Positions 37,204-45,606 of a stretch of DNA of 64,000 bases are shown here, piece after piece; the stretch's first letter is position 1; the number at the start of each line of letters is the position of its first letter. The translations under genes were made by a program, and so were the position numbers. The notes under the pieces were generated by a model. That model worked only from the letters and a program-made list of their open reading frames with translations. It was not told the origin of the DNA and did not search any database. The stretch comes from a virus. Lineage: Duplodnaviria; Caudoviricetes. The stretch lies in IMG/VR virus record IMGVR_UViG_3300027672_001796; one strand, 5' to 3'.

Positions 37204-38448
37204 ATGAAAATAACAAATTTTAATCAATCTCCTGCAACAAAGATTGCAAAGATTAACAAATACCTACAAGAAGCACACGGCGTTAAAGTCGGCGGCTTCC
37301 ATACCAAAGACGAACTTCAAGCTGTTAGAGAACAAGCTGAAATGCAAGTCATTACATTAAGAAATACTAATAAGAAATTTAACTTGGACCCAGACTATGC
37401 AAAGTATCTAGGTGTTAAAGATGTTATTGATGTTATGATGGCAGAAGGCATGTACGCAGAAGGTCCTGCGGCATTAGGCATGAAGAACGAAGTCCAAGAA
37501 ACTGTTAAGCAATTAATGGACAGTGGTTATACAATGGACGAAGCTAGTACAGAATGCATGAACAGATTCAGACAAGATTCCCGATTTGCGTATGATGATG
37601 ATTTTGTATTACCAATAGTTTTAAAAGCGGCTAAAGACTACTATGAGTCATGTGGTTCAACACATGAAGGCATGTACGAAGCTCCAAGCACAGATTTAGG
37701 TGAGAACTTACTTAGTGCATTAGCAAAAGAGTGTGGTGTAGAGTTAACTGATCCATCAAGCATTGATGCTATTGAAGAAAAGTTAAACATGTTTGCATCA
37801 GTAAGTGGTAAGAGCAGAGATTCAGTAGCTGGATTTTTAAATAGTTTAGAAGAAGATGCACTAACAAGTGGCATCCAAATGTTTGGTGCTAAAATTGGCG
37901 AAGCAAATAAGCCTGACTTTTTAGACCTAGACAAAGACGGCGATAAAAACGAGCCAATGAAGAAAGCGGCTAAAGACGCCAAAAAAGAAAGCATGTTTGA
38001 TGACATCATCGACAACATGTTAGCAGAAGAAGTAGACGTAGAACAAGCAGAAGTTGTTATGGCGGCAAGAGCCTTAGCAGACGATATCCAAGATATGATT
38101 GCTAGACTAGGCAAAATGCAGAACGAAGATGTTCCTGCAATTGCTGACCAAATGAGAGCAGAAATGGGAGCGGAAGTAGCCTCTGGTTTTAACTCACAAA
38201 TGGGAACAACATTGTCAACACACTTAGAAGCAACAAAGGCTACTAAGGATGCAATGGAAACAGCAATAGCACAAATTACTGGCGAGGCACCGTTAGGCGC
38301 ACCTGGTGGAGATATGGGACTTGCTGATGTCGAAGAGCCAATGCCAACTGAAGAGCCAAGCATTGACGACATGGCTATGGATACTACAGAACCTGCCGCG
38401 GCTGGCCCAGAAGATGAGCCACTAGGTAGAGCACCAGTAGAGATTTAA
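37204..38448 (+). CDS. putative prohead core/scaffold protein
   Basis: Acidic coiled coil with EEVDVEQAEVVMAARALADDIQDMIARLGKMQNEDV and C-terminal EPLGR. Confidence 0.55.
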   Translation: MKITNFNQSPATKIAKINKYLQEAHGVKVGGFHTKDELQAVREQAEMQVITLRNTNKKFNLDPDYAKYLGVKDVIDVMMAEGMYAEGPAALGMKNEVQETVKQLMDSGYTMDEASTECMNRFRQDSRFAYDDDFVLPIVLKAAKDYYESCGSTHEGMYEAPSTDLGENLLSALAKECGVELTDPSSIDAIEEKLNMFASVSGKSRDSVAGFLNSLEEDALTSGIQMFGAKIGEANKPDFLDLDKDGDKNEPMKKAAKDAKKESMFDDIIDNMLAEEVDVEQAEVVMAARALADDIQDMIARLGKMQNEDVPAIADQMRAEMGAEVASGFNSQMGTTLSTHLEATKATKDAMETAIAQITGEAPLGAPGGDMGLADVEEPMPTEEPSIDDMAMDTTEPAAAGPEDEPLGRAPVEI

Positions 38449-38450
38449 TT

Positions 38451-38789
38451 ATGAAAATTGCTGAAGTATTTTTACTGGAAGCATATTTCGATGACCTACA
38501 AAGTGCTGTAATGGATCGATTGGCCCAGTACAACTCGGACGAGCAGTCGACTATCCCAACAGAAGAATTTAGACAATCACTAGCAAGTGACGGTTTTTTG
38601 TTGAGTGTCACTGAATTACAAAAAGCATTAACAGACATGGACGCAGTAACAAATGTTGATGCTAACACTATTACCCCGAAAGGTGCTATAGATAGCGAAC
38701 TAGCAAATGATATGGAACCTCAAGTTGATGTACATAGCATGGCAACAGATCAATCTATGTCAGATGTTAACGCATCACTCCCACAGTAG
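38451..38789 (+). CDS. acidic putative head protein
   Basis: MKIAEVFLLE N-terminus. Confidence 0.65.
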   Translation: MKIAEVFLLEAYFDDLQSAVMDRLAQYNSDEQSTIPTEEFRQSLASDGFLLSVTELQKALTDMDAVTNVDANTITPKGAIDSELANDMEPQVDVHSMATDQSMSDVNASLPQ

Positions 38790-38796
38790 ATAACTT

Positions 38797-38982
38797 GTGA
38801 GGCAAATGTATTTTAATTTGCTATCGCCTGGCATCTCACATCTTCCTATCTGGAAAGTTGAAGTCCCCAAATTAAAAGAATTCGACGAATCGTTATTAGA
38901 AGACGACAAATGGTTTATAGATGATTTTGGCAAGACTGGCGATAATATACCAGAGCAACTTAGATTTAAAGTATTAGATTAA
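38797..38982 (+). CDS. possible small hypothetical protein
   Basis: 61-aa GTG-start ORF filling the intergenic gap; weak support. Confidence 0.4.
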   Translation: MRQMYFNLLSPGISHLPIWKVEVPKLKEFDESLLEDDKWFIDDFGKTGDNIPEQLRFKVLD

Positions 38983-39117
38983 CTAACAGAATAAATAATT
39001 ATATAATTTAAAACAATTAGAGGGCTACCCATCAAACACACAGCAGATTTTGCCTCGCAGATAGATATTCAAATCTTTGAAAAATTTAATGCATCACACG
39101 AAGAAATTAGTCTTAGT

Positions 39118-40122
39118 ATGGTTAAGGCAATTACTCGTGGCGGTGATCCTGCATTTTATAAACAAGCACAAATACGTGAAGTAGCACACGACTATATAGA
39201 ATCTCAAGATAGCACTTATACAATACAACCAGATGCCTTGCCCACAGAAATACCTTACATAAATTTTGATGTGCCTGTTGATAATTCCGAGCTTATAAAA
39301 CGTTCGCTGGCCTCTGCAAGTTCTATTAGCGGAAAGAATTTCCAGCAAATGCATTCTGCAAGTTTTAAACGTGGACAACAAGAAGAAACAAAATACCAGA
39401 CATTATTTGAGATAGACAGAATTGGCTGGTATAATGCTTTTCCAAAAATAAGTTATAAACTTAATTCACTAGGTACTCGTAATCATATGGAATTTGACGA
39501 CTTGACTGAAAACGAATTTATTCCTGCATTCGGTGATAGTAATACTTTTGGTATGGGACTGCCTGAACACGAGTTGTGGTATAATAAATTAGGTGAGGAA
39601 CATCCTGTATACAATGCTGGAGTTATAAACGGTAACTTAACAGATGTATATTTAATGATGACTAGCATGTATAAAAGCAAGAAGTTCAAGAAGGCATATG
39701 TAGTAACACCACATGCAGAACGTTGGACTGGAGTTTCAGATGCAGGGTACTTTGAAGGCATAACTAACGGAGCACATTATTTTTTAGAACAGTTTGCACA
39801 TGCACCAGAAGTTTTAAATAATAATACTAGACAATTATACAGATGGATGGCATTACAAAGCATAATAAATTTTTGTGCTGTTAACGACATCGAATTAAAA
39901 ATATATCAATCAAATACATTTATGCATGTAGCATGGTGTGGAGAACAAAACTTACACATACCTAACTGGTACTTTATTTTTCAACACATGCACAAAAATA
40001 TTAAAATTGCAAATGAAAGTGGAAACGACCTTTCAGAGTGGCCCAAACATATGGCAAGGGATTTAATACACTTTGGTTCAGAATGGCATGACAAGATGGC
40101 AGAACATCTACTAAATATGTAA
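39118..40122 (+). CDS. SGNH-like protein
   Basis: FGDSNTFG, YNAGVING and RDLIHFG; the true start may be ATC at 39031. Confidence 0.6.
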   Translation: MVKAITRGGDPAFYKQAQIREVAHDYIESQDSTYTIQPDALPTEIPYINFDVPVDNSELIKRSLASASSISGKNFQQMHSASFKRGQQEETKYQTLFEIDRIGWYNAFPKISYKLNSLGTRNHMEFDDLTENEFIPAFGDSNTFGMGLPEHELWYNKLGEEHPVYNAGVINGNLTDVYLMMTSMYKSKKFKKAYVVTPHAERWTGVSDAGYFEGITNGAHYFLEQFAHAPEVLNNNTRQLYRWMALQSIINFCAVNDIELKIYQSNTFMHVAWCGEQNLHIPNWYFIFQHMHKNIKIANESGNDLSEWPKHMARDLIHFGSEWHDKMAEHLLNM

Positions 40123-40764
40123 ATGCATATAAGTGAAACAATGGAAACAATTGTAAATCGTGCAACTGTTTACGAACGTTACATACCACACAAAGAATTC
40201 TTTACAGACACCTCCGGTCAAATAGAATATACTTTAAACAGTTTATGGCACAGAGATATAGAACTCGAAAGCTATTCCGACTATACTCTAGCAGTAGGAT
40301 GTAGTCATACATTTGGTATAGGCGTAGATACTCCCTGGCCCACACTTATAGATAACTGTTATAATGCAGGCATACCAGGAGCAACAGTACACGACATGTG
40401 TGACGTTGCTATGGACATATATAGGATAAATCCTTATAAACGAGTACTAATGTTTGCCCCTCACGGCGAGCGATTTTTGGTGTCCCCTAAGGGCAAAACC
40501 ACAGCATTAATGCCGTATAGCGAGGATGCAAACCGGTATAAATCGGTTGACACAGACACTAAAATGCTGTATACTATGAGAAGTATTAATGCATTTAAGT
40601 ACTTTTGTGAAGTAAATGGTATTGAACACACTATAATCTGTAATAACAGTATACGGTTTATAAGAGAAAACAAGTCCATATTAGTAGATAAAGGTACAGA
40701 CGGTGTGCATTACGGAAACTTAACTCAACAAAAATTTGCAGGATTATTTAATGCTACTAACTGA
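40123..40764 (+). CDS. SGNH-like protein
   Basis: VGCSHTFGIG, YNAGIPGAT and DGVHYG. Confidence 0.6.
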   Translation: MHISETMETIVNRATVYERYIPHKEFFTDTSGQIEYTLNSLWHRDIELESYSDYTLAVGCSHTFGIGVDTPWPTLIDNCYNAGIPGATVHDMCDVAMDIYRINPYKRVLMFAPHGERFLVSPKGKTTALMPYSEDANRYKSVDTDTKMLYTMRSINAFKYFCEVNGIEHTIICNNSIRFIRENKSILVDKGTDGVHYGNLTQQKFAGLFNATN

Positions 40765-41425
40765 AAAAATCGAATATAAGAAATTAGACAGAACAACAAC
40801 TCCAACAGGCAGAATGTATGTAGGAGACGATAATGTTCCTGTACCTAGTGTTACTACAGTACTAGATAAAACAGCAGACAAAACAGCCTTAATTGCTTGG
40901 CGTAAACGTGTAGGCGATGCCGAAGCAACACGAGTAAGTAATGAAGCGGCTGGCTTAGGAACTAAAGTACATAATGCTTTAGAAAATTATATACTAGGCG
41001 AAGAATGGGAACCTAAGGGTAATAACTTTGTAAGTATCCTTGCAAGGGATATGACAAACTTAATGATTAACGAAGGATTTAAAGACGTTGATGAAGTTTG
41101 GGGTACTGAAGTTGGACTTATTGCTAAAGGTCTTTATGCAGGCACAACAGATTGTGTTGGTATGCATGGCGGCGAAGAAGCAATTATTGATTTCAAGACA
41201 AGTAAAAAAATTAAACCTACTAAGTGGGTTCAAGATTATTTCCTACAATGTTGTGCTTATGCAATGGCACATAACGAGATGTATGGAACTAATATTCGTA
41301 AAGGTGTAATACTTATGGTTAGCAGAGATGTTGAACTTAAAGAATACATTATTGAAGGCGAAGAGTTTGACAACTATTGCTTAGAATGGACAAAACGTCT
41401 AGAACTATATTATAGTAGTTTGTAA
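40751..41425 (+). CDS. PD-(D/E)xK exonuclease (Cas4/RecB-like phage exonuclease)
   Basis: VPSVTTVL, GTKVH, YAGTTDCV, IIDFKTS and YFLQCCAYA. Confidence 0.88.
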   Translation: MLLTEKIEYKKLDRTTTPTGRMYVGDDNVPVPSVTTVLDKTADKTALIAWRKRVGDAEATRVSNEAAGLGTKVHNALENYILGEEWEPKGNNFVSILARDMTNLMINEGFKDVDEVWGTEVGLIAKGLYAGTTDCVGMHGGEEAIIDFKTSKKIKPTKWVQDYFLQCCAYAMAHNEMYGTNIRKGVILMVSRDVELKEYIIEGEEFDNYCLEWTKRLELYYSSL

Positions 41426-42414
41426 TGCTTTCCAAGTATTGGACTATATCGTCAAAGCCTCTAGCTGAGGCCGACTCAGACATATTTACACTATCTGCAG
41501 AAAACGTAGACGAAAAACAATTAGGTGGTTGGGAAACGCCTGGCTGGTGTATAGTTAAAAACACACATCTCACAATTAACCCTAATCAAAAACCTATATT
41601 AGCTTCAAGTTTTATTCTAGAGCATTTACAAGAAGATGCTGTGGGTGTTTGTGTTATGAGTAATAGAGAAGATATTGCCACCGGCGATATTGTTTTCCAT
41701 AGAAAAGGCATGAGACAGTTTGCTGGACTTAATGCAGATGATTGGGTACAACGTGTACCATGGCAATCAATAGACCCAAGTTTATATTTAAGTGTATTAG
41801 GTACGCCAGGCAAAACAGCATGGGTAAGCATGACTGAAATTATGAAACTTAAATCGGGTATGACCGTAGGTATTAGTGGTTGTGCTGGAACAGTTGGAGT
41901 GCTACTGGCTCAAATGGCATTAATGCAAGGTTGCACAGTTATAGGATTTACTAGCACACAGGAAAAAGCTGACTGGTTGGAAACATTAGGTGTGAAAGCT
42001 ATTGTGTCAAGTAATACAACTATTGACAGATTAGATAAAGCAACCAAGGAGTTAGTGCCAGACGGATTTGATGCATATCATGAAAATGTTGATAATGCTC
42101 ATTTGCTTAATGCTATACAAAATATGAAACTTAACGGCACAATAGCATTGTGTGGTTTAATGAAAAGTTACACACAGCACATGGGACCTGGACCAAATTT
42201 ATTAGGGACTATATACAAGAACGTAAACATTCAAGGATTTGGAGTTAGCAACTATAAAGAATCCTTATTAGCTAACTTCCACAATTATATGGAAGACAAA
42301 TACACAGACTTTGAATTTAATCAGCATACAGTAGCCGGAATTATGCAAGTTCCAGCAGTATATAGCGATTTATACAATGCATATGGCAAAGGTAAACTTA
42401 TAATCAAAATTTAA
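41425..42414 (+). CDS. NAD(P)-dependent MDR-family oxidoreductase (zinc-free, PGR/CurA-like)
   Basis: LSVLGTPGKTAW, ISGCAGTVG, GFDAYHENV and IALCGLM. Confidence 0.8.
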   Translation: MLSKYWTISSKPLAEADSDIFTLSAENVDEKQLGGWETPGWCIVKNTHLTINPNQKPILASSFILEHLQEDAVGVCVMSNREDIATGDIVFHRKGMRQFAGLNADDWVQRVPWQSIDPSLYLSVLGTPGKTAWVSMTEIMKLKSGMTVGISGCAGTVGVLLAQMALMQGCTVIGFTSTQEKADWLETLGVKAIVSSNTTIDRLDKATKELVPDGFDAYHENVDNAHLLNAIQNMKLNGTIALCGLMKSYTQHMGPGPNLLGTIYKNVNIQGFGVSNYKESLLANFHNYMEDKYTDFEFNQHTVAGIMQVPAVYSDLYNAYGKGKLIIKI

Positions 42415-42425
42415 TTGTGTAAAAG

Positions 42426-42446
42426 TGATAAATACAATTAACAAAT
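42426..42446 (+). promoter_or_regulatory. late promoter plus leader, exact copy of 37163-37183
   Basis: TGATAAATACAATTAACAAAT followed by a GGAG SD. Confidence 0.7.
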
Positions 42447-42461
42447 GATTGGAGTTTAATA

Positions 42462-45080
42462 GTGTCACACAGCGACGATGCAAATCTAAAAGTAATAATT
42501 TCGAGAATCCAGCAAAGACGGGGTCTGAAGCAGGAGTTACCTCAACCTTTGCGACCTGGAGAAATCGGGTTTGCAACAGATAGCCGACAAGTTTATATTG
42601 GTGCCGATACGGCAGATGCAACAAGTAACACATACAACAAACAGGTTGTATTTGAAACTACACAGAATGCACAAGATTTAACTAAGGCAATGGCTAACAG
42701 CCAAATTATTAAGTTTGAAGTACCCCACATTAGATTCCCTAAAGGATCTGGTAACTTTAATAGTGCAACAAAGCAAATAAGCTGGAACGCAACTACAAGT
42801 TCTACTTATACTATTTCAGATGGCACTACAGCAACAAGAACTGTTTTCCCAGCTAATGTTACAGGCGTTGGCACACCATCTATTAACCAAAACGCAACCA
42901 ACAGCACGTTCAATGCAGAAAACTTAACTGTTACTATTGGTGGCAAAGCACAGACTGGTGATGACGATGGAACAGGAGCTACAGTTAATGCGGCGTTCGA
43001 TTACAACTTTATAAGTGGTAGTGGCTCAGCTTCAGATCATATTATTAATTTTAGAAGTGCTCCAGCAAACAGTCAAGACGTAAGTATTTCATACTACGGC
43101 AACACTCATGTTATTGCTTTATTAACAGCCAGTGGCGCAGTTACTAACGGAGCAACTACATCAGGTTTTTATGCCAACAAAGGTATTCCAGAATGGCAAA
43201 AGTTAGACCATAACAATGTTTTTGTTAATGGTGAAGTAGGTACAGGATATATTGGATTAGCATCAAAACATATTGATGTAGTAGGCACTGGATCAGGTAT
43301 AGCAAATATAGCCAGCGTAACAGTTGGTAATGTTATTGCCGCTAAGAATCCATCAGACGTAAGTTACTATGGCGGAAGTGCAAGTTACAATGCCGCTAAA
43401 TATTCAGGCACAACAGTAACATCAGTTGTAGGCAGTGGAATTATAACATTTACATCTGGTACTACAGTACTTGGATTAGCACATCAGGGTAGCAATCCTA
43501 CTAACGGCTCATACGAGTATGTTTATATAGAAGGATTGAATCCAGCAGGCGTTACAGAAGCAGGATACTTACACCAAAAGATTTTACCAATTAAGAACAC
43601 AACAGATGTTGCAACATCATTATTTATAGTTGACACTCCAGCAAATGCATTCACAGTTGCTAGAGCAGTTACATCAGCAGGATCCGGAGCCACACTTACT
43701 ATTACAGGTAATACGGACGGATTGTCGGTTGGCAATTATGTAGACTTTGCAGGAACTAATGCAACAGAATTTACAAGTAACCCATACGCAATTACAGGCG
43801 TAACTGGAACTACATTTACAGTAGCAAACACTGGTAGCTCAGTAACAGGCGCTAAAGCAAATAACTTAACAGTTGTACCATTTAACAATGTAACAAGAAC
43901 AAACGTAGTGGTAACATCCGCTAAAAACGGATTAACAACAGCACAAAACGTAACATTTAGTGTAGCAGTTGGATCTGTTAACGCGGCAACATCAACAGCA
44001 GTTATTAATGCTGGCACAAATACATTTGAAGTTGTTAGTGGAGATGTAGCAGAATCTGTAACAGGAACATTTAGTCCTGTACTAACAAACATTACAGCAA
44101 ACGTCGGAGTTACACCAGCTGTAACAATTAGACTAGCTCCTGCTAGTGGCGACAAAACACTTAATAGTGCGGTAGCAGATATTAATACACATGGCAATTG
44201 GGTAAAGGCGGCACTTATTCCTGGTAGTACAGATACTACATACGTTAGAAGCAGTGACCAAACTGAATATCTTTTATTCAATGATCCAAATGATGGAATA
44301 GATTCTTGGGGCAATATAGGTATTAACTTAGCACTAGCTGATGCACTAACAGTAGGAGCTCAACATAAGTATTTGAAGAGCACAAAAACTGTTAAAGCAA
44401 AATTTGAAAACTGGTTAAAATTACTTACAGCGGAACATGAGCCTAACGTATTAACTACAGTTTACATGAACGACCAGTACGAAACACTTAATCCGTTTGC
44501 GACATACAGTTTAGATATTAACAGTACAACTGGCGAAATAGATTTTGACGGACACGAAGAAGCTGGTAACTTTAGCGAACTAGTTAACAAACTTTACTTT
44601 GAAAAAACAAATGCAAATATTAAAGGCTTAACTACTATTAAGACTAATATTGAATTGTTAACTAACGAAGCAACAGCGGCAAGTAGTGCCACAGCAGAAT
44701 ACAGTGAACCAAATGCAATAACACTAACAGAAACTAGTACACCAGTAGCAGTTAGTTCATTAGGTACAGACTCTACTATTATTGATACAATGATGGTCGA
44801 CTATGTTATTGATGCTAGAATGAGCGGTGGATTGTTTTATAGCAAAATTGGTACGTTACAGTACTCAGCTAATCCAAATGCAAATGCTGGCGCAGGCACA
44901 GTTATTATACAAGACCTAGGCACAGAATACGGTGATAGTGGTGTTACAATAAATGATGGTGTGCAGTTTACTGCCGCTATAGCAAGTGGTACAGTTACAG
45001 TTAATGCGGCTTGTACAGTAATTCCAACTCCTGGTAACGTTACTATGAAGTATGTTACTCGAAGATGGAAATCATTCTAA
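42462..45080 (+). CDS. tail/baseplate fibre-type structural protein
   Basis: N-terminal SRIQQRRG...GEIGFATDSRQVYIG (Mtd-N/fibre-attachment-like); Thr/Gly/Ala/Asn-rich beta body; GTG start with SD. Confidence 0.75.
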   Translation: MSHSDDANLKVIISRIQQRRGLKQELPQPLRPGEIGFATDSRQVYIGADTADATSNTYNKQVVFETTQNAQDLTKAMANSQIIKFEVPHIRFPKGSGNFNSATKQISWNATTSSTYTISDGTTATRTVFPANVTGVGTPSINQNATNSTFNAENLTVTIGGKAQTGDDDGTGATVNAAFDYNFISGSGSASDHIINFRSAPANSQDVSISYYGNTHVIALLTASGAVTNGATTSGFYANKGIPEWQKLDHNNVFVNGEVGTGYIGLASKHIDVVGTGSGIANIASVTVGNVIAAKNPSDVSYYGGSASYNAAKYSGTTVTSVVGSGIITFTSGTTVLGLAHQGSNPTNGSYEYVYIEGLNPAGVTEAGYLHQKILPIKNTTDVATSLFIVDTPANAFTVARAVTSAGSGATLTITGNTDGLSVGNYVDFAGTNATEFTSNPYAITGVTGTTFTVANTGSSVTGAKANNLTVVPFNNVTRTNVVVTSAKNGLTTAQNVTFSVAVGSVNAATSTAVINAGTNTFEVVSGDVAESVTGTFSPVLTNITANVGVTPAVTIRLAPASGDKTLNSAVADINTHGNWVKAALIPGSTDTTYVRSSDQTEYLLFNDPNDGIDSWGNIGINLALADALTVGAQHKYLKSTKTVKAKFENWLKLLTAEHEPNVLTTVYMNDQYETLNPFATYSLDINSTTGEIDFDGHEEAGNFSELVNKLYFEKTNANIKGLTTIKTNIELLTNEATAASSATAEYSEPNAITLTETSTPVAVSSLGTDSTIIDTMMVDYVIDARMSGGLFYSKIGTLQYSANPNANAGAGTVIIQDLGTEYGDSGVTINDGVQFTAAIASGTVTVNAACTVIPTPGNVTMKYVTRRWKSF

Positions 45081-45097
45081 ACTAAGCGTACTAAAAT

Positions 45098-45523
45098 ATG
45101 TTTGAAAAACACACTACAGTAGAGACTCGCCTTGAGCAATTCAGGGAGTTACGAAAGTCAAATCTATCAATGAACGCCATTGTAGAACGGTTTGGCAACA
45201 TAAAACCCCACAACAGATACCTCGATTATTACTCCCCCGACACCTGGCCCAAAGCCTTCGATCTTATTGAGCAAGGTCACTTTGATACCACATCTATATC
45301 CATTCTAATGTACCAAACTTTAGGTCATCTAAATTACCTAAAACCAGAACTTGTAAGTTGGAAAGTGATAAGTAATAACATGAATGGAAGAGACGGCGCA
45401 GTATTTACATACAACTCAATGATGTATAATCTAGACCCTCAAACCGCAATGGAGTCTAATGAAGCTAAGAATCATTACATTACATTAGTTGAATTAAGAA
45501 ACTTACACATACCTTTAGTTTAA
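45098..45523 (+). CDS. conserved hypothetical protein
   Basis: YLDYYSPDTWP motif; follows the tail gene. Confidence 0.65.
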   Translation: MFEKHTTVETRLEQFRELRKSNLSMNAIVERFGNIKPHNRYLDYYSPDTWPKAFDLIEQGHFDTTSISILMYQTLGHLNYLKPELVSWKVISNNMNGRDGAVFTYNSMMYNLDPQTAMESNEAKNHYITLVELRNLHIPLV

Positions 45524-45530
45524 AATTTAG

Positions 45531-45558
45531 TTGACATTGCACAGCGATGTGCTATAAT
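45531..45558 (+). promoter_or_regulatory. sigma70-type promoter for nrdAB
   Basis: TTGACA-N16-TATAAT. Confidence 0.7.
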
Positions 45559-45606
45559 GCAGTAAAACAATCTACAGGGCAGAAACAAATATTGGGCACA
45601 CAAACA

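Noticed and set aside
40751-41425. CRISPR-associated Cas4
   Set aside because: It is a PD-(D/E)xK nuclease without the four-Cys Fe-S motif and with no cas neighbours, so it is an ordinary phage exonuclease.
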